Positions 48,249 to 58,250 of a DNA stretch of 64,000 nt are shown here, piece by piece; the stretch's first letter is position 1, and each line of letters starts with the position of its first letter. A model generated the notes under the pieces. The model did not search any database. It was not told the DNA's origin and worked only from the letters and a program-made list of their open reading frames with translations. This stretch comes from Deltaproteobacteria bacterium (GTDB lineage Bacteria; Myxococcota_A; Polyangia; Nannocystales; Nannocystaceae). The translations under genes and the position numbers were made by a program. Location: the NCBI GenBank assembly GCA_016712475.1, contig JADJRA010000001.1:1541414-1605413 (forward strand). The letters run 5' to 3'.

Positions 48249-49655
48249 TCGATGCTCCTGCTGCCGTGCTGCACGCCCGTCGTGGCCGCCCCCCGGTCGA
48301 CCACCCCCGCGCAGACCACTCCCGCGCAGACCACTCCCGCGCAGACCGAGGCTGCTCCGATCGCGGCCGCCGACGACGACCCCGCGACGCCGCGCTGGTG
48401 CATCCCGAGCGCTCCACCGCCGACGCCACCCGGTCCGAGCGTCGCCCACTACGATTGCCAGCGTCACGCCACCGCGGTGGTCCGCGCGGTCGATGCCCGA
48501 CTGCGCAAGCTGTGGACTCCCGCGCGCTCGCCCAGCCGGCTCGAGATCCATCGCACCTGCGATCCGCTCGCCGACACGATCACCCGCGTGGTGATCGAGA
48601 GTGGCTACGGCCACGGCTTCAGCCTGCACCTGTGGCAGCTCGAGCGCACCGACGACCGCGACTGGGCGGTATCGCGGCTCGACTACCGCGGCGACAGTGC
48701 CGATGGCGTCGCGAGCGTCGGTCGCGTCGGCGCACGCGTGATCGATCCGCTCCTCGCGGCCTCGCGCGTCGCGTTGGTGTCCGACGCGTTCGAGGTCACG
48801 CTGCCGTCGGAGGGACTCAGCCTGACCGCGGCGATGGGCTCCGGCGACTTCCATCGCGTCGTGCGCCTCGAAGACGACGACGGCGACGTGCTCGAGCGCC
48901 GCTTCACCGGCTACCCCGGCAACGGCCTCGAGGAGGCGCCCGTGGTGGTCGCCAGCGACGCGCTGCTCGAGGTGCTCGAGGCGGTGCCGCTCGCCGAGCG
49001 CCCCGCCGAGCCAGTCGATCGCGGGTTCTTCGTCGAGCGCTACGCCGCCGCCGCGCCCCACTTCGACGACGAGTTCTTCTGGTGGGTCACCGAGCGCTAC
49101 ATCGTGATGGCGCGCTCGTTCGGGCAGGCCTCGCTGATCCCGAGCCTGGTCGAGCGCGCCACCAAGCCCGGCGAGCACTCGGTCGCGCGCGCGCGTGAGA
49201 CCGCCGTCGCCGCGCTCGCGGCGGTGACGGGCCACGACCTGCGTGTCGGTGCCGACGGCAAGCCCCGCGCGCTCGAGCTCGCGGCGGCCGACTACGCCAC
49301 TGCATGCCTGCCGGCCGGCCCGCCAGTAGGGCTGCACGCGAGTCCGATGGTGCGCCGGGCGGCGTGTCGGCCAAGCCGTGGGCCATCGGCCAATCTGCTG
49401 ACCACTCGGCTGCCGAGCTGGCACCGCAGCACCATCTTCGTCTCGAAGGAGAGAGACGATGACCATGGACATGCACGACGAGATCGCGATCGTCACCGGG
49501 GCGAGCCGCGGGCTCGGGCTGGCACTGTCGCACGCGCTGGCACGACGCGGAGCGAAGGTCGCCATGCTCGCCCGCGACGAGGACGCGCTGGCACGGGCGG
49601 CGCGCGAGGTCGGCGAGTTCGGCGAGGTGCTGGCGATCGCCGCCGACATCGGTGA
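48249..49655 (+). CDS. Hypothetical secreted protein with TTPAQ x3 repeats; the true 3' end is uncertain and probably lies before the SDR start.
   Basis: Signal-like MLLLPCCTPVVAAP and a protein-like middle (YDCQRHATAVV..., FFWWVTERYIVMARSFGQ). The last ~90 codons of the listed ORF are Arg/Gly noise overlapping the SDR gene. Confidence 0.4.
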   Translation, partial: SMLLLPCCTPVVAAPRSTTPAQTTPAQTTPAQTEAAPIAAADDDPATPRWCIPSAPPPTPPGPSVAHYDCQRHATAVVRAVDARLRKLWTPARSPSRLEIHRTCDPLADTITRVVIESGYGHGFSLHLWQLERTDDRDWAVSRLDYRGDSADGVASVGRVGARVIDPLLAASRVALVSDAFEVTLPSEGLSLTAAMGSGDFHRVVRLEDDDGDVLERRFTGYPGNGLEEAPVVVASDALLEVLEAVPLAERPAEPVDRGFFVERYAAAAPHFDDEFFWWVTERYIVMARSFGQASLIPSLVERATKPGEHSVARARETAVAALAAVTGHDLRVGADGKPRALELAAADYATACLPAGPPVGLHASPMVRRAACRPSRGPSANLLTTRLPSWHRSTIFVSKERDDDHGHARRDRDRHRGEPRARAGTVARAGTTRSEGRHARPRRGRAGTGGARGRRVRRGAGDRRRHR

Positions 49656-50187
49656 TCCCACCCAGGCGCCGTCGATCGCCGCTCGCGTCGCGGCGCGCTT
49701 CGGGCCGGCGACCCTCGTGGTGCACAACGCCAGCACGCTGGGCGCGGTGCCGCTGCAGCTGCTGGCCGACACCGACCCGCGGATGTTCGCCGCGACGATG
49801 GCGACCAATCTCATCGGCCCGTTCGCGCTGTCCCATGCCGTGGTCGGATCGATGGTGCTGCGCGGGCACGGCACGCTGGTGCACATCAGCTCCGACGCAG
49901 CGGTCGAGCCGTATCCGCGCTGGGGCGCCTATGCGGTGTCGAAGGCTGGCCTCGATCACCTCGCGCGCATCTGGGCCGCGGAGCTCGACGGCACCGGGGT
50001 GCGAGTGCTCGCGATCGACCCCGGCGAGATGGACACGCAGATGCACGCCGACGCGATCCCCGACGCCGACCGCGGCACGCTGGCACGCCCGAGCGACGTG
50101 GCCGCGCGCATCGTCGCACTGCTCGGCCGAAGCGAGCGCGCCTTGCCCGTGCGCTTGCAGGCCGCCGACATCGAGGTGACGACATGA
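49459..50187 (+). CDS. SDR-family NAD(P)-dependent oxidoreductase.
   Basis: TGASRGLG cofactor-binding motif and catalytic YAVSKAG (YxxxK). Confidence 0.85.
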   Translation: MTMDMHDEIAIVTGASRGLGLALSHALARRGAKVAMLARDEDALARAAREVGEFGEVLAIAADIGDPTQAPSIAARVAARFGPATLVVHNASTLGAVPLQLLADTDPRMFAATMATNLIGPFALSHAVVGSMVLRGHGTLVHISSDAAVEPYPRWGAYAVSKAGLDHLARIWAAELDGTGVRVLAIDPGEMDTQMHADAIPDADRGTLARPSDVAARIVALLGRSERALPVRLQAADIEVTT

Positions 50188-51236
50188 AGGCCCGCGGTAC
50201 CCCCGACAAGGGTGGCGACACCCAGCGCCTGCTGGCGATCGACAGCGCCAGCGGCGAGGTCTTCGAACGCACCGTGGGCGAGCTGCCGCAGCTGCTGCGC
50301 GCCGGCGATCTGGTGGTGCTCAACGATGCCGCGACGATGCCGGCCTCGCTGCAAGCTCGGGCCAACGGTGCCGCGATCGAGCTGCGCCTGGCGGGCCCGC
50401 CCGAGCAGGGTCGCTGGCTCGCGGTGCTGTTCGGCGACGGCAGCTGGCGCGTCGACACCGACGCCCGACCGGCACCGCCGCGGCTGGAGCTGGGCGCACG
50501 CATCGAGCTCGACGGGCGCGTGCAGGCCCACGTGGTCGCGGTCGATCCCACGTCGACGCGGCTGGTGTGGCTGGCGTTCGACGTGCCGGAGGCAGCGGTC
50601 TGGTCGCTGCTGTATCGACGGGGTCAACCCGTGCAGTACTCGTACCTGGCGCACGCGCTCGCGCTGTCCGACGTGCAGACCAGCTATGCCGGGCGACCGT
50701 GGTCGGTCGAGATGCCGTCGGCCGGTCGACCGCTGACGATCGCCACACTGTTGGCGCTGCGACGTCGTGGCATCGAGGTCGCGATGCTCACCCACGCCGC
50801 AGGGCTGTCGGCGACGGGTGATCCCGCGCTCGACGCCCGGTTGCCGCTGCCCGAGCGCTACGACCTGCCGGCGAGCACCGTCGTTGCGGTCGCGGCCGCG
50901 CGGGCACGGGGCGGCCGCGTCGTCGCGGTCGGGACCTCGGTCGTGCGCGCGCTCGAGGGCAGCGCGGCGCAGCACGGCGGCGTGCTGCGGGCCGGCTCGG
51001 GGCTCACCGATCTGCGGATCTCGCCGACGTTCACCCGTCGCGTCGTCGACGGCGTGCTCTCGGGCGTGCACGAGCCTGGCAGCAGCCACCACGCGCTGCT
51101 CGGAGCGTTCGCGGATGCATCGCTGCTGGAGCACGCCCACGCGTGGGCGCTCGCCCACGACCTGCAGGTGCACGAGTTCGGCGACTCGACGCTGGTGCTG
51201 CCCGGCCTCGCCCACCGCGATCGGCTCGCGGCCTGA
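50184..51236 (+). CDS. queA: S-adenosylmethionine:tRNA ribosyltransferase-isomerase (QueA)-like protein.
   Basis: QueA-like blocks (LLAIDSASGEVFERTVGELPQLLRAGDLVVLNDAATMPASL; HEPGSSHHALLGAF), about 350 aa. It overlaps the SDR stop (ATGA). Confidence 0.55.
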   Translation: MKARGTPDKGGDTQRLLAIDSASGEVFERTVGELPQLLRAGDLVVLNDAATMPASLQARANGAAIELRLAGPPEQGRWLAVLFGDGSWRVDTDARPAPPRLELGARIELDGRVQAHVVAVDPTSTRLVWLAFDVPEAAVWSLLYRRGQPVQYSYLAHALALSDVQTSYAGRPWSVEMPSAGRPLTIATLLALRRRGIEVAMLTHAAGLSATGDPALDARLPLPERYDLPASTVVAVAAARARGGRVVAVGTSVVRALEGSAAQHGGVLRAGSGLTDLRISPTFTRRVVDGVLSGVHEPGSSHHALLGAFADASLLEHAHAWALAHDLQVHEFGDSTLVLPGLAHRDRLAA

Positions 51237-51238
51237 CG

Positions 51239-52558
51239 TCACTGCACGTCGAGCGTGTACATGCCACCGGCGGCCGCGGTGACGAATACGAACGCATCGT
51301 CCTGCGCGCCGACCTCGAGCGAAGCACCGCCGACCGGATCGACCACCGTGATGGTGTCGGTGATCGTGAACGCGCGCGCGCCGATGCCCGCGCCCGTGGC
51401 GGTGATCGTCAGCGGGCCGGGACCGATGAGGCGGTACACGTCGAAGCCACCGGGGTACACCGCGCCCGTGGCCCCGTCGCCCGCCACGAGATCGCCCTCG
51501 CGCGCGACCTCGCCGACGTCGAAGGTCTCGAAGCCGTAGCCGAGCTCGGGGCGGTCGGCGATCATCGCGACACCCATGTCGAGGAACACCGTGAAGGCAT
51601 CATCGTCACCGACACTGGCGAGCGCGGCGTCGAGGCCGGCCCAGTCGTTGGCTGCCTCGGCCGTGATCGCGGTCATCAAGGGCGCGCCGCCGCGCTCGTA
51701 GAGATACGTGCCCCACAGCAGCCCCGCGCCATAGTTGAAGGTGCCGAAGTCGACGCCACCGGGGCCCCAGTCCTGGTCGGGGTCGAGGCGGAAGTCGTCG
51801 AGCCACTCGTCGTCGGTGAAGAAGCCGTTGGCGCTCATCGCCGCCTCGGCCATGCTCTCGTCGATCCACGCCACCTCGTCGGCGTCGTAGCCGCGATGGA
51901 TGATGTGGTAGCTCTCGTGCGCTGCGATCGACAGCGCGTCGTCGCCGTCGAGCGGCGTGAGCACGGTACCGTCGAGGTGCAGCTGGGCATAGTCGCACCA
52001 GCTGCACAGGTAGCCATCACCCCCGCCGTTGGTGTCGACCACGAAGATCGCGACCTTGCCCCCGGGCAGGCCCGCGGCATCGAGCGAGCCGAACACCGCC
52101 TCGTCGTTCACGATCACGCCCCTCTCCGGATCGATCGATCCCGCGGGCGTGAAGAGCTCGTAGCGATGCATGAAGCCGGCGACGTCACTCTGATCGATGC
52201 CCTGCTCCCAGAGGTCGTCGGCGACGATCAGGAAGGTGCGCTCGCCCTCGGCGCGGCAGGTACCGCTGACCGACGAGATCTGGTGGGTCTGCCCATCGTA
52301 GACCTGCGTCGAGGCCGGCATGCCGTAGCACGGCGAGTCGGTGTAGTCGGGCAGTCCGCCGGTGGTCGTGCCGCCGCTCGAGTCGGCCGCACCACCGGAC
52401 GATCCGCCCGAGCTGCTACCGGTGCTGCCGTCGTGGCCGCCACTCGACGACTCGCCCGTCGTCGGGCCCGAGCTGCCGCTGCCGACGTCACCCCCACCTC
52501 CGGTGTCCGCGCACGCGAACAGCAGCATCGACACCGGCACGCCCATCATCCGTCGCAT
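51239..52558 (-). CDS. Secreted lipoprotein, possible zinc-dependent hydrolase.
   Basis: Lipobox (MLLFACADTG), an S/G-rich linker and the HExxH-like motif IAAHESYHIIH. Confidence 0.55.
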   Translation of the reverse strand: MRRMMGVPVSMLLFACADTGGGGDVGSGSSGPTTGESSSGGHDGSTGSSSGGSSGGAADSSGGTTTGGLPDYTDSPCYGMPASTQVYDGQTHQISSVSGTCRAEGERTFLIVADDLWEQGIDQSDVAGFMHRYELFTPAGSIDPERGVIVNDEAVFGSLDAAGLPGGKVAIFVVDTNGGGDGYLCSWCDYAQLHLDGTVLTPLDGDDALSIAAHESYHIIHRGYDADEVAWIDESMAEAAMSANGFFTDDEWLDDFRLDPDQDWGPGGVDFGTFNYGAGLLWGTYLYERGGAPLMTAITAEAANDWAGLDAALASVGDDDAFTVFLDMGVAMIADRPELGYGFETFDVGEVAREGDLVAGDGATGAVYPGGFDVYRLIGPGPLTITATGAGIGARAFTITDTITVVDPVGGASLEVGAQDDAFVFVTAAAGGMYTLDVQ

Positions 52559-52678
52559 GCCGCGAAGCCTACGCCGATCGCCCGTGCCTGCGCGATCGGA
52601 TTGCTCCGCGCGTGCCAGGGGGCTAGCGTTACGACGCGAACGACCTCGCGCGCGGGCGCGAAGTCACATGTCTCCGAG

Positions 52679-53257
52679 ATGGCGCGCGCGCGACAGTTCG
52701 ACGTCGAGATCGCGACCGATGCAGCGGTCGAGCTGTTCTGGGACCGCGGCTATACGGCGTGCTCGGTCCGCGATCTGTGCGAGGCGATGGCGCTGCAGCC
52801 CGGCAGCTTCTACGCGGCCTTCGGCAGCAAGCAGGCCTGCTTTCGTCGTGCACTCGAGCGCTACCTCGCACGGGAGGCCGAGCGCAACGGACTGCTGCGA
52901 GGCCCCGGGCCCGAGGCCATCCGCGCGTGGCTCGACACCATCGCGTCGCCGCGCCGACGCCACCGCGGCTGCCTGCTGGTGAACACCGCCGTCGAGGGGC
53001 CCCACCTCGACGCACCGACCCGCGCGTTCGTGGCCGCGCGCATGGCCGCGATGGAGCGCTTCTTCACCGCGTGTCTGGGCGGCGGCCCCGACGCCCACCG
53101 CGGCGCGGCCCTGGTGTCGAGCACGGTGATCGCGATCCACGTGCTGGCCCGCGCCGGCACCACCGCCCCCCACCTGCGCAGCCTCGCCGACCAGACCCTC
53201 GGCACGCTGCAGCTGCCGCTGCTCGGCGGTTCGCGACGCTCGGCCCGGCGGGCTTGA
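52679..53257 (+). CDS. TetR/AcrR-family transcriptional regulator.
   Basis: TetR HTH (DRGYTACSVRDLCEAMALQPGSFYAAFGSKQA). Confidence 0.8.
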   Translation: MARARQFDVEIATDAAVELFWDRGYTACSVRDLCEAMALQPGSFYAAFGSKQACFRRALERYLAREAERNGLLRGPGPEAIRAWLDTIASPRRRHRGCLLVNTAVEGPHLDAPTRAFVAARMAAMERFFTACLGGGPDAHRGAALVSSTVIAIHVLARAGTTAPHLRSLADQTLGTLQLPLLGGSRRSARRA

Positions 53258-53287
53258 CGATTCTTGAGCGATCGCTCAAGAATCGTC
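53256..53287. promoter_or_regulatory. Perfect 32-bp palindrome GACGATTCTTGAGCGATCGCTCAAGAATCGTC; candidate TetR operator (and possibly terminator) between the TetR gene and DUF1304.
   Basis: I checked the reverse complement by hand and it is identical. The palindrome begins inside the TetR stop codon, ends 4 nt before the DUF1304 start, and is AT-rich relative to the genome. Confidence 0.6.
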
Positions 53288-53291
53288 GCCG

Positions 53292-53633
53292 ATGGCCGCC
53301 ACCGTGATGACCCTGCTGGTCGCGTTCCTCCACATCGTCTTCATGGTGTTCGAGACGTTCCTGTGGACGACGCCCGGCGTGCGACGCCGCTTCGGCCAGA
53401 GCGCAGAACAAGCCGAGACCACCCGCGTGCTCGCGGCCAACCAGGGCGTGTACAACGGCGCGCTCGCGGGCGCGCTGGTGTGGGCCACCACCGCCGGCGA
53501 CGTGCCGGCGACCCGCGTGCTGCTCGGCTTCGTGATCGTGGTCGGGCTGTACGGCGGCTTCACGGCCAAGCGCAGCATCTTGGTGCTGCAGGCGCTGCCG
53601 GCCGCGATCGCGCTGGCGCTGACGCTGGTCTGA
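53292..53633 (+). CDS. DUF1304-like small membrane protein.
   Basis: 113 aa with four predicted TM segments. The N-terminal HIVFMVFETFLW block resembles the DUF1304 signature. Confidence 0.6.
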   Translation: MAATVMTLLVAFLHIVFMVFETFLWTTPGVRRRFGQSAEQAETTRVLAANQGVYNGALAGALVWATTAGDVPATRVLLGFVIVVGLYGGFTAKRSILVLQALPAAIALALTLV

Positions 53634-53721
53634 CGAGCGCAGCCGCGAGCCTGCTCGCGACGGCCCAAATCGGTCCGCGGCTTGCCGCCCATGGCCACCG
53701 CGTTATCTCTCGATCGCGGCC

Positions 53722-55743
53722 ATGGCATCACTCGTCCAGCTCCAGCGCCGCCCCGGCGATTCCCCCGCGTCGTCACGTCCGGCCAAGGTGCTGCTCGTCT
53801 CGCCGCGCTACAGCTCGTCGTACTTCCCGATTGGCTTGGCCTACGTCTCTTCGTACATCCGCCAGTGCGGACACGAGGTCGTGGCGTGCAACCTCAACCA
53901 CCACGATCACGACGCAGGTCGGGCCGAGCTGGCCCGGCTGCTGCGCGAGCACGCATTCGACGCCATCGGCATCACCGGGCTCACCGTCGCGTTCAACGCG
54001 ATCGAGTCGTTGATCGAGTTCCTGCGCCCCCGCTGCGCTGCGCCCATCGTGCTGGGCGGCGGCATCACCTCGTGCGAGAGCGAGCTGGTGATGCGGACGC
54101 TGCGACCGGACTACATGGTCGTGAGCGAGGGTGAGCTGATCTTCCGCGATCTGCTGGCCGTGATCACCGCTGCGGGCGACCCCGCCAGCGTCGCCGGCAT
54201 CTGGTACTGGGACGGCGAGACCCCCCGCGCGACCGGTGACGGGCCCTCGATCGCCAACCTCGACGAGCTGCCGTTCCCCGACCTCGAGCTCTTCGGCATC
54301 GCGCGCGAGATGGAGCTGCAGTCGACGATGCAGGTCACGTATCACGAGACCCGCTTTCACGCCGGCAAGACCGTGCCCATCACCGCCAGCCGCTCGTGCC
54401 CGTTTCGCTGCACGTTCTGCTACCACGCCGGCATGGGCAAGTACCGGCGACACTCGATGGAGAACGTCGTCGATCACATCGAGTCGATCCTCGCCCGTAC
54501 CGACGCCACCCACATCTCGATCTACGACGAGCTGTTCTCGGCCAACAAGAAGCGCATCGTCGAGTTCTGCGACCTCCTCGAGCAGCGCGGCATCCAGGTC
54601 TCGTGGTTCTGCCAGCTGCGCGTCGATCAGCTCGACCAGGATCTGCTCCACCGCATGCGCAGGGCCGGCTGCCGGCACATCTCGTTCGGTTTCGAGAGCG
54701 GCAGCGATACCGTGCTCGACAGCATGGACAAGAAGATCACCGCCGCGCAGATCGCCCGCGCGGTGGAGCTCACGCGCAACGCGAAGATCGGCATCCAGGC
54801 CAACTTTCTGTTCGGCGACCCGGCCGAGACCGAGCAGACGCTGCAGGAGTCGCTGGCGTTCCAGCGCGAGCACGACCTCATGTTCGTCGACTGGTCGGCG
54901 GTGATCCCCTACCCCGGCACGCGGCTATACGCCCGCGCGCTGGAGCGGGGGCTGATCGGCGATCGCGTCGAGTTCATCCGCAGCATGTGCGACATCTCGA
55001 GCTACCTGTGGCGCGGGCAGGTCAACCTCACCGAGCTATCCGACGAGCGCTTCCTCGAGCACTACGTCGCGCTGCGCGAGCTGAACGACCGCAACCACCG
55101 CACGCGACCGGCGATCGTCCGCCACGGCCGTGCGACCGGCCCCCAGCACTCGTGCATCACCGTCGAGTGCCCCAGCTGCAACCACGCCGAGACGCTCGAG
55201 CTGCCGTATCCGCCGGGGCCCGGCGACACGCCGATCTCGACGCGGGCGATCGTCGGCGTGCAGGGCTACAACATCGTGTGCGATGCGTGCAATCGCAAGA
55301 TGCACCTCGCGGCGCGACGCATCCCCCACGTCGCGTCGTTCTACGCCGACTTCCAGGCCGCGCTCGATCGCTGCAAGGCCGCAAGCACGCCGGTGGTGAT
55401 CGTGCCGGCGATGGACCGCTACTTCGGCGTGTTCGCGCAGGATGTGGATCTCGAGGGGCTCGACGTGGTGGCCGCGCTCGACTGGCGCGCGCACCGGGCC
55501 GGCGCCGCCTTCATGGGCGTCACCGTCGAGAGCCTCGACCACGCGCATGTGCAGCGTCACCGTGACGCCACCTTCGTGGTGCTGCCGTGGGTCGAGTCCG
55601 ACGATGCGGTCGCGCTGCTGCGCGCCGCGGGGGTACAGGATGAGGCGATCCTTTGTTGGACCGATCGCTTCGCCACGCACACCCGGCCACAGCCACGCCT
55701 GCTGGCGCGCGCCTCTGGGGCTCGCGCGGCCCGCGGGTGCTAA
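53722..55743 (+). CDS. B12-binding-domain radical SAM enzyme with a C-terminal Cys4 zinc-ribbon-like extension.
   Basis: N-terminal cobalamin-binding Rossmann domain (KVLLVSPRY...PIGLAYVSSYIRQCGHEVV). rSAM cluster motif CPFRCTFCYH. C-terminal CPSCNHAE...CDACNRK. Confidence 0.8.
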   Translation: MASLVQLQRRPGDSPASSRPAKVLLVSPRYSSSYFPIGLAYVSSYIRQCGHEVVACNLNHHDHDAGRAELARLLREHAFDAIGITGLTVAFNAIESLIEFLRPRCAAPIVLGGGITSCESELVMRTLRPDYMVVSEGELIFRDLLAVITAAGDPASVAGIWYWDGETPRATGDGPSIANLDELPFPDLELFGIAREMELQSTMQVTYHETRFHAGKTVPITASRSCPFRCTFCYHAGMGKYRRHSMENVVDHIESILARTDATHISIYDELFSANKKRIVEFCDLLEQRGIQVSWFCQLRVDQLDQDLLHRMRRAGCRHISFGFESGSDTVLDSMDKKITAAQIARAVELTRNAKIGIQANFLFGDPAETEQTLQESLAFQREHDLMFVDWSAVIPYPGTRLYARALERGLIGDRVEFIRSMCDISSYLWRGQVNLTELSDERFLEHYVALRELNDRNHRTRPAIVRHGRATGPQHSCITVECPSCNHAETLELPYPPGPGDTPISTRAIVGVQGYNIVCDACNRKMHLAARRIPHVASFYADFQAALDRCKAASTPVVIVPAMDRYFGVFAQDVDLEGLDVVAALDWRAHRAGAAFMGVTVESLDHAHVQRHRDATFVVLPWVESDDAVALLRAAGVQDEAILCWTDRFATHTRPQPRLLARASGARAARGC

Positions 55744-56912
55744 GACTTGGGTCGCTGCAGCACGCGGTTCTTCGTGATCCAGTAGAGCGAGGCGTCGTCG
55801 ACCGCGATCGACCTCGCTTCGTTCTGCTGCGTCGCGAGCACGACCGGCGCACCACCTCGGTGTGGCGCCGACTTCACCTCGGTCGAGTCGGTCCAGTACA
55901 CCGAGCTCGCGTCGGCAGCCACACCCCACGGTGCCATCTGACCGCTCGCGAGGACGCTCGCTTCGCCGCCGACGGTGGCCAGGCTCATGATCGTGTTGGG
56001 GTTGTTCGCGGCCGCGCCATCGCCGTGGGCCCAGACGAACGAGTCGCCGACCGTCGCGAGTCCCCAGGGTTGCGCCAGCCCAGTCGCGAGGATCTGCATC
56101 TGCATGCCGTCGGGATCGCCCGCGAGCGGTACCGACACCAACGCGCCCACCGAGTCGTCCGGCGGAGGGGGCTCGATGAACGTCACGCCGCCATTGCCGG
56201 GCTCGGGATCGTGTGACGTGACGTAGAACCTCGTGCCGTCGAGCACGATGTCGGCGATGCCGGCGTACGCGCTGAGCAGGTTCTGCGAGCTGCCGCCCGC
56301 GAGCGGCGCGCGCCAGACTCCGCCGCTCCCCGAGCCGAAGGTGGTCCAGTACACGTGCGTGTCATCGACAGCGAGCGCGCGCGGGCGGTCGGTGGTGTCG
56401 TCGAGGACTTCGCTCGCACCACCCGCGATCGGCATCCGAGCGACGACGCCATCGTCGACGAACCCGGTCCAGTAGACCCACGCACCGTCGACGACGACGT
56501 CGTAGGGGGCCTCGAGCCCGGTCGCGAGCATCTCGATGTCGCCACCACCCTTGGCGACGCGCGCCAGCGTGCCGGCGCTCTGATCGGTGAAGTAGACGTG
56601 GGTGCCATCGACGGCGATGCCGCGCCCGCCGGTGAGTCCGTCCGCGAGCACGAGGCACTCGCCACAACCGGCGTCGGTCGGCCCGCCGCCGGTGCTCCCA
56701 CCCTCACTCGACGACGTGCCGACGCCGCCGGTGCTGTCGACCGCCGCGGTGCTGCTGTCGCTGGGCGCGGTGGTCGACGACGGACTCGCCGTGGTGCTGC
56801 CCGAGCCGCCGGTGGAGCTCGTTCCACCCGCGGTGGTGGTATCGCCCGCCTGCGAGTCGCCACACGCGGCCATGCAGATCCACCCTACCAACATCCGATG
56901 ACGGCATTTCAT
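55740..56912 (-). CDS. Secreted lipoprotein with a YWTD-type beta-propeller.
   Basis: Lipobox (MLVGWICMAACGDS), an S/T/G linker and repeated HVYFTDQ / WVYWTG / HVYWTT / VYWTDS / LYWIT blades. Confidence 0.7.
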   Translation of the reverse strand: MKCRHRMLVGWICMAACGDSQAGDTTTAGGTSSTGGSGSTTASPSSTTAPSDSSTAAVDSTGGVGTSSSEGGSTGGGPTDAGCGECLVLADGLTGGRGIAVDGTHVYFTDQSAGTLARVAKGGGDIEMLATGLEAPYDVVVDGAWVYWTGFVDDGVVARMPIAGGASEVLDDTTDRPRALAVDDTHVYWTTFGSGSGGVWRAPLAGGSSQNLLSAYAGIADIVLDGTRFYVTSHDPEPGNGGVTFIEPPPPDDSVGALVSVPLAGDPDGMQMQILATGLAQPWGLATVGDSFVWAHGDGAAANNPNTIMSLATVGGEASVLASGQMAPWGVAADASSVYWTDSTEVKSAPHRGGAPVVLATQQNEARSIAVDDASLYWITKNRVLQRPKS

Positions 56913-57020
56913 AGGCGCCCAGTGTGCCCCACCGATGCGCGGGTGGGGCAACCGCGAGATCGCCCACCGCCAGAACGCGCGTCGACGTGGGTTCTGGCGG
57001 GCGAGCGCCGGGGTCCGCGG

Positions 57021-58250
57021 CTACTTCTCGCCCATGAACTCGAGCGTGAAGCGACGCAGCCGCAGCACGCTGGGAATGCCCTCGCCGCTGGCAAAGCTGA
57101 GCGACTCGGCGAAGTGCACGTTGTCCGCGGCCTGCCACGCGATGAAGGCCCGCCCCGCGGCGGTGCCGAGCAACGCGTTGCGCTTGGCCTCGAACTCGGC
57201 GCGGACCTTGGCCAGCAGCAGCTCGCTCTGCGCCTCGAGGCGCGCGCTCACGCCGTCGGCCTCCGCACGCAGGCGCTGGTCGTACTGCAGGGTCTCGGCC
57301 TGCACGTTCTTGATGCCCAGCAGGTAACGATCGTCGAGCTTGCTGTGGTCCTCGACGTCGAGCTCGAGCGCGGCGGCGGCCCTGGCGATGAGCGCGGTGC
57401 GATCATCCGCCGACAGCGCCGTCAACATGGTTCGTGCGCCACCCGGGGTCGTGTCGTCGCCGACATCGACGAAGCCGACCTGGTAGGCGCGCTCGAGATT
57501 GGCACGGCGTTGGATCCACGCCTGCTCGCTCGAGGCCGCACGGGCCTGCGTGCCCTGCACGAAGTTGTCGAGCTTTTGCTGCTCGACGGCGACGGTCTGC
57601 ACCGCGGCGTCGAGCAGCTTCTTCTGCTCGTTGAGCTGGATCTGCTGCAGCTGCTGCTCGTACTCGGGGCGGAACGCGACCGCACGAATCAGCACGGTCG
57701 AGGCCTCGAGGTGCAGCGTCGCCAGCTCCTCGTTGAGCACGCGCAGGGTGTCGTCGGACACCGCGAGTCGGCGGTCGGTCGAGTAGAAATCCGCCGAGGT
57801 CAGCTCGGCCAGCCGCTCGCGCAGCACGCTGACGGTGGTCTCCTCGGCGAGCCGCTGGTAGCGGAAGGTGCCGTTGGCGTCGACCTGATGGTTGCCGGCC
57901 TGCACCACATTCCAGCCCTCGCCGAGCTTGATGCGGTAGGGCACCGACACGTCGAGCATGACGATGTTGTTGTCCTTGGTGCGGATCTGCAGCGGCTGCT
58001 GCGGGCCGGCCTCGTCGCTGGTGTAGTCGAGGTACGCGAAGCGCTTGGGCAGCACCAGGATGCGGTGCATGCCCGGTACGCGCCACGCCCAGCCGGGCTC
58101 GATGTCGGTCTCGGACACGCCCGAGAAGTTGCTCTGCCGCACGCCGATCTCATCGGGGCGGACCGTCACGGTGCACATCAGCGGCACCAGCCACAACAGC
58201 AGCGTCGCGACGACCGCGATTCTGGCGAAACGTCCGATCGCGTCCATCAC
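57021..58250 (-). CDS. SPFH/band-7 (prohibitin/HflC-like) domain protein.
   Basis: N-terminal TM anchor, an SPFH domain and a long coiled-coil. It directly follows the other SPFH gene, with a 4-bp overlap. Confidence 0.8.
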   Translation of the reverse strand: MMDAIGRFARIAVVATLLLWLVPLMCTVTVRPDEIGVRQSNFSGVSETDIEPGWAWRVPGMHRILVLPKRFAYLDYTSDEAGPQQPLQIRTKDNNIVMLDVSVPYRIKLGEGWNVVQAGNHQVDANGTFRYQRLAEETTVSVLRERLAELTSADFYSTDRRLAVSDDTLRVLNEELATLHLEASTVLIRAVAFRPEYEQQLQQIQLNEQKKLLDAAVQTVAVEQQKLDNFVQGTQARAASSEQAWIQRRANLERAYQVGFVDVGDDTTPGGARTMLTALSADDRTALIARAAAALELDVEDHSKLDDRYLLGIKNVQAETLQYDQRLRAEADGVSARLEAQSELLLAKVRAEFEAKRNALLGTAAGRAFIAWQAADNVHFAESLSFASGEGIPSVLRLRRFTLEFMGEK

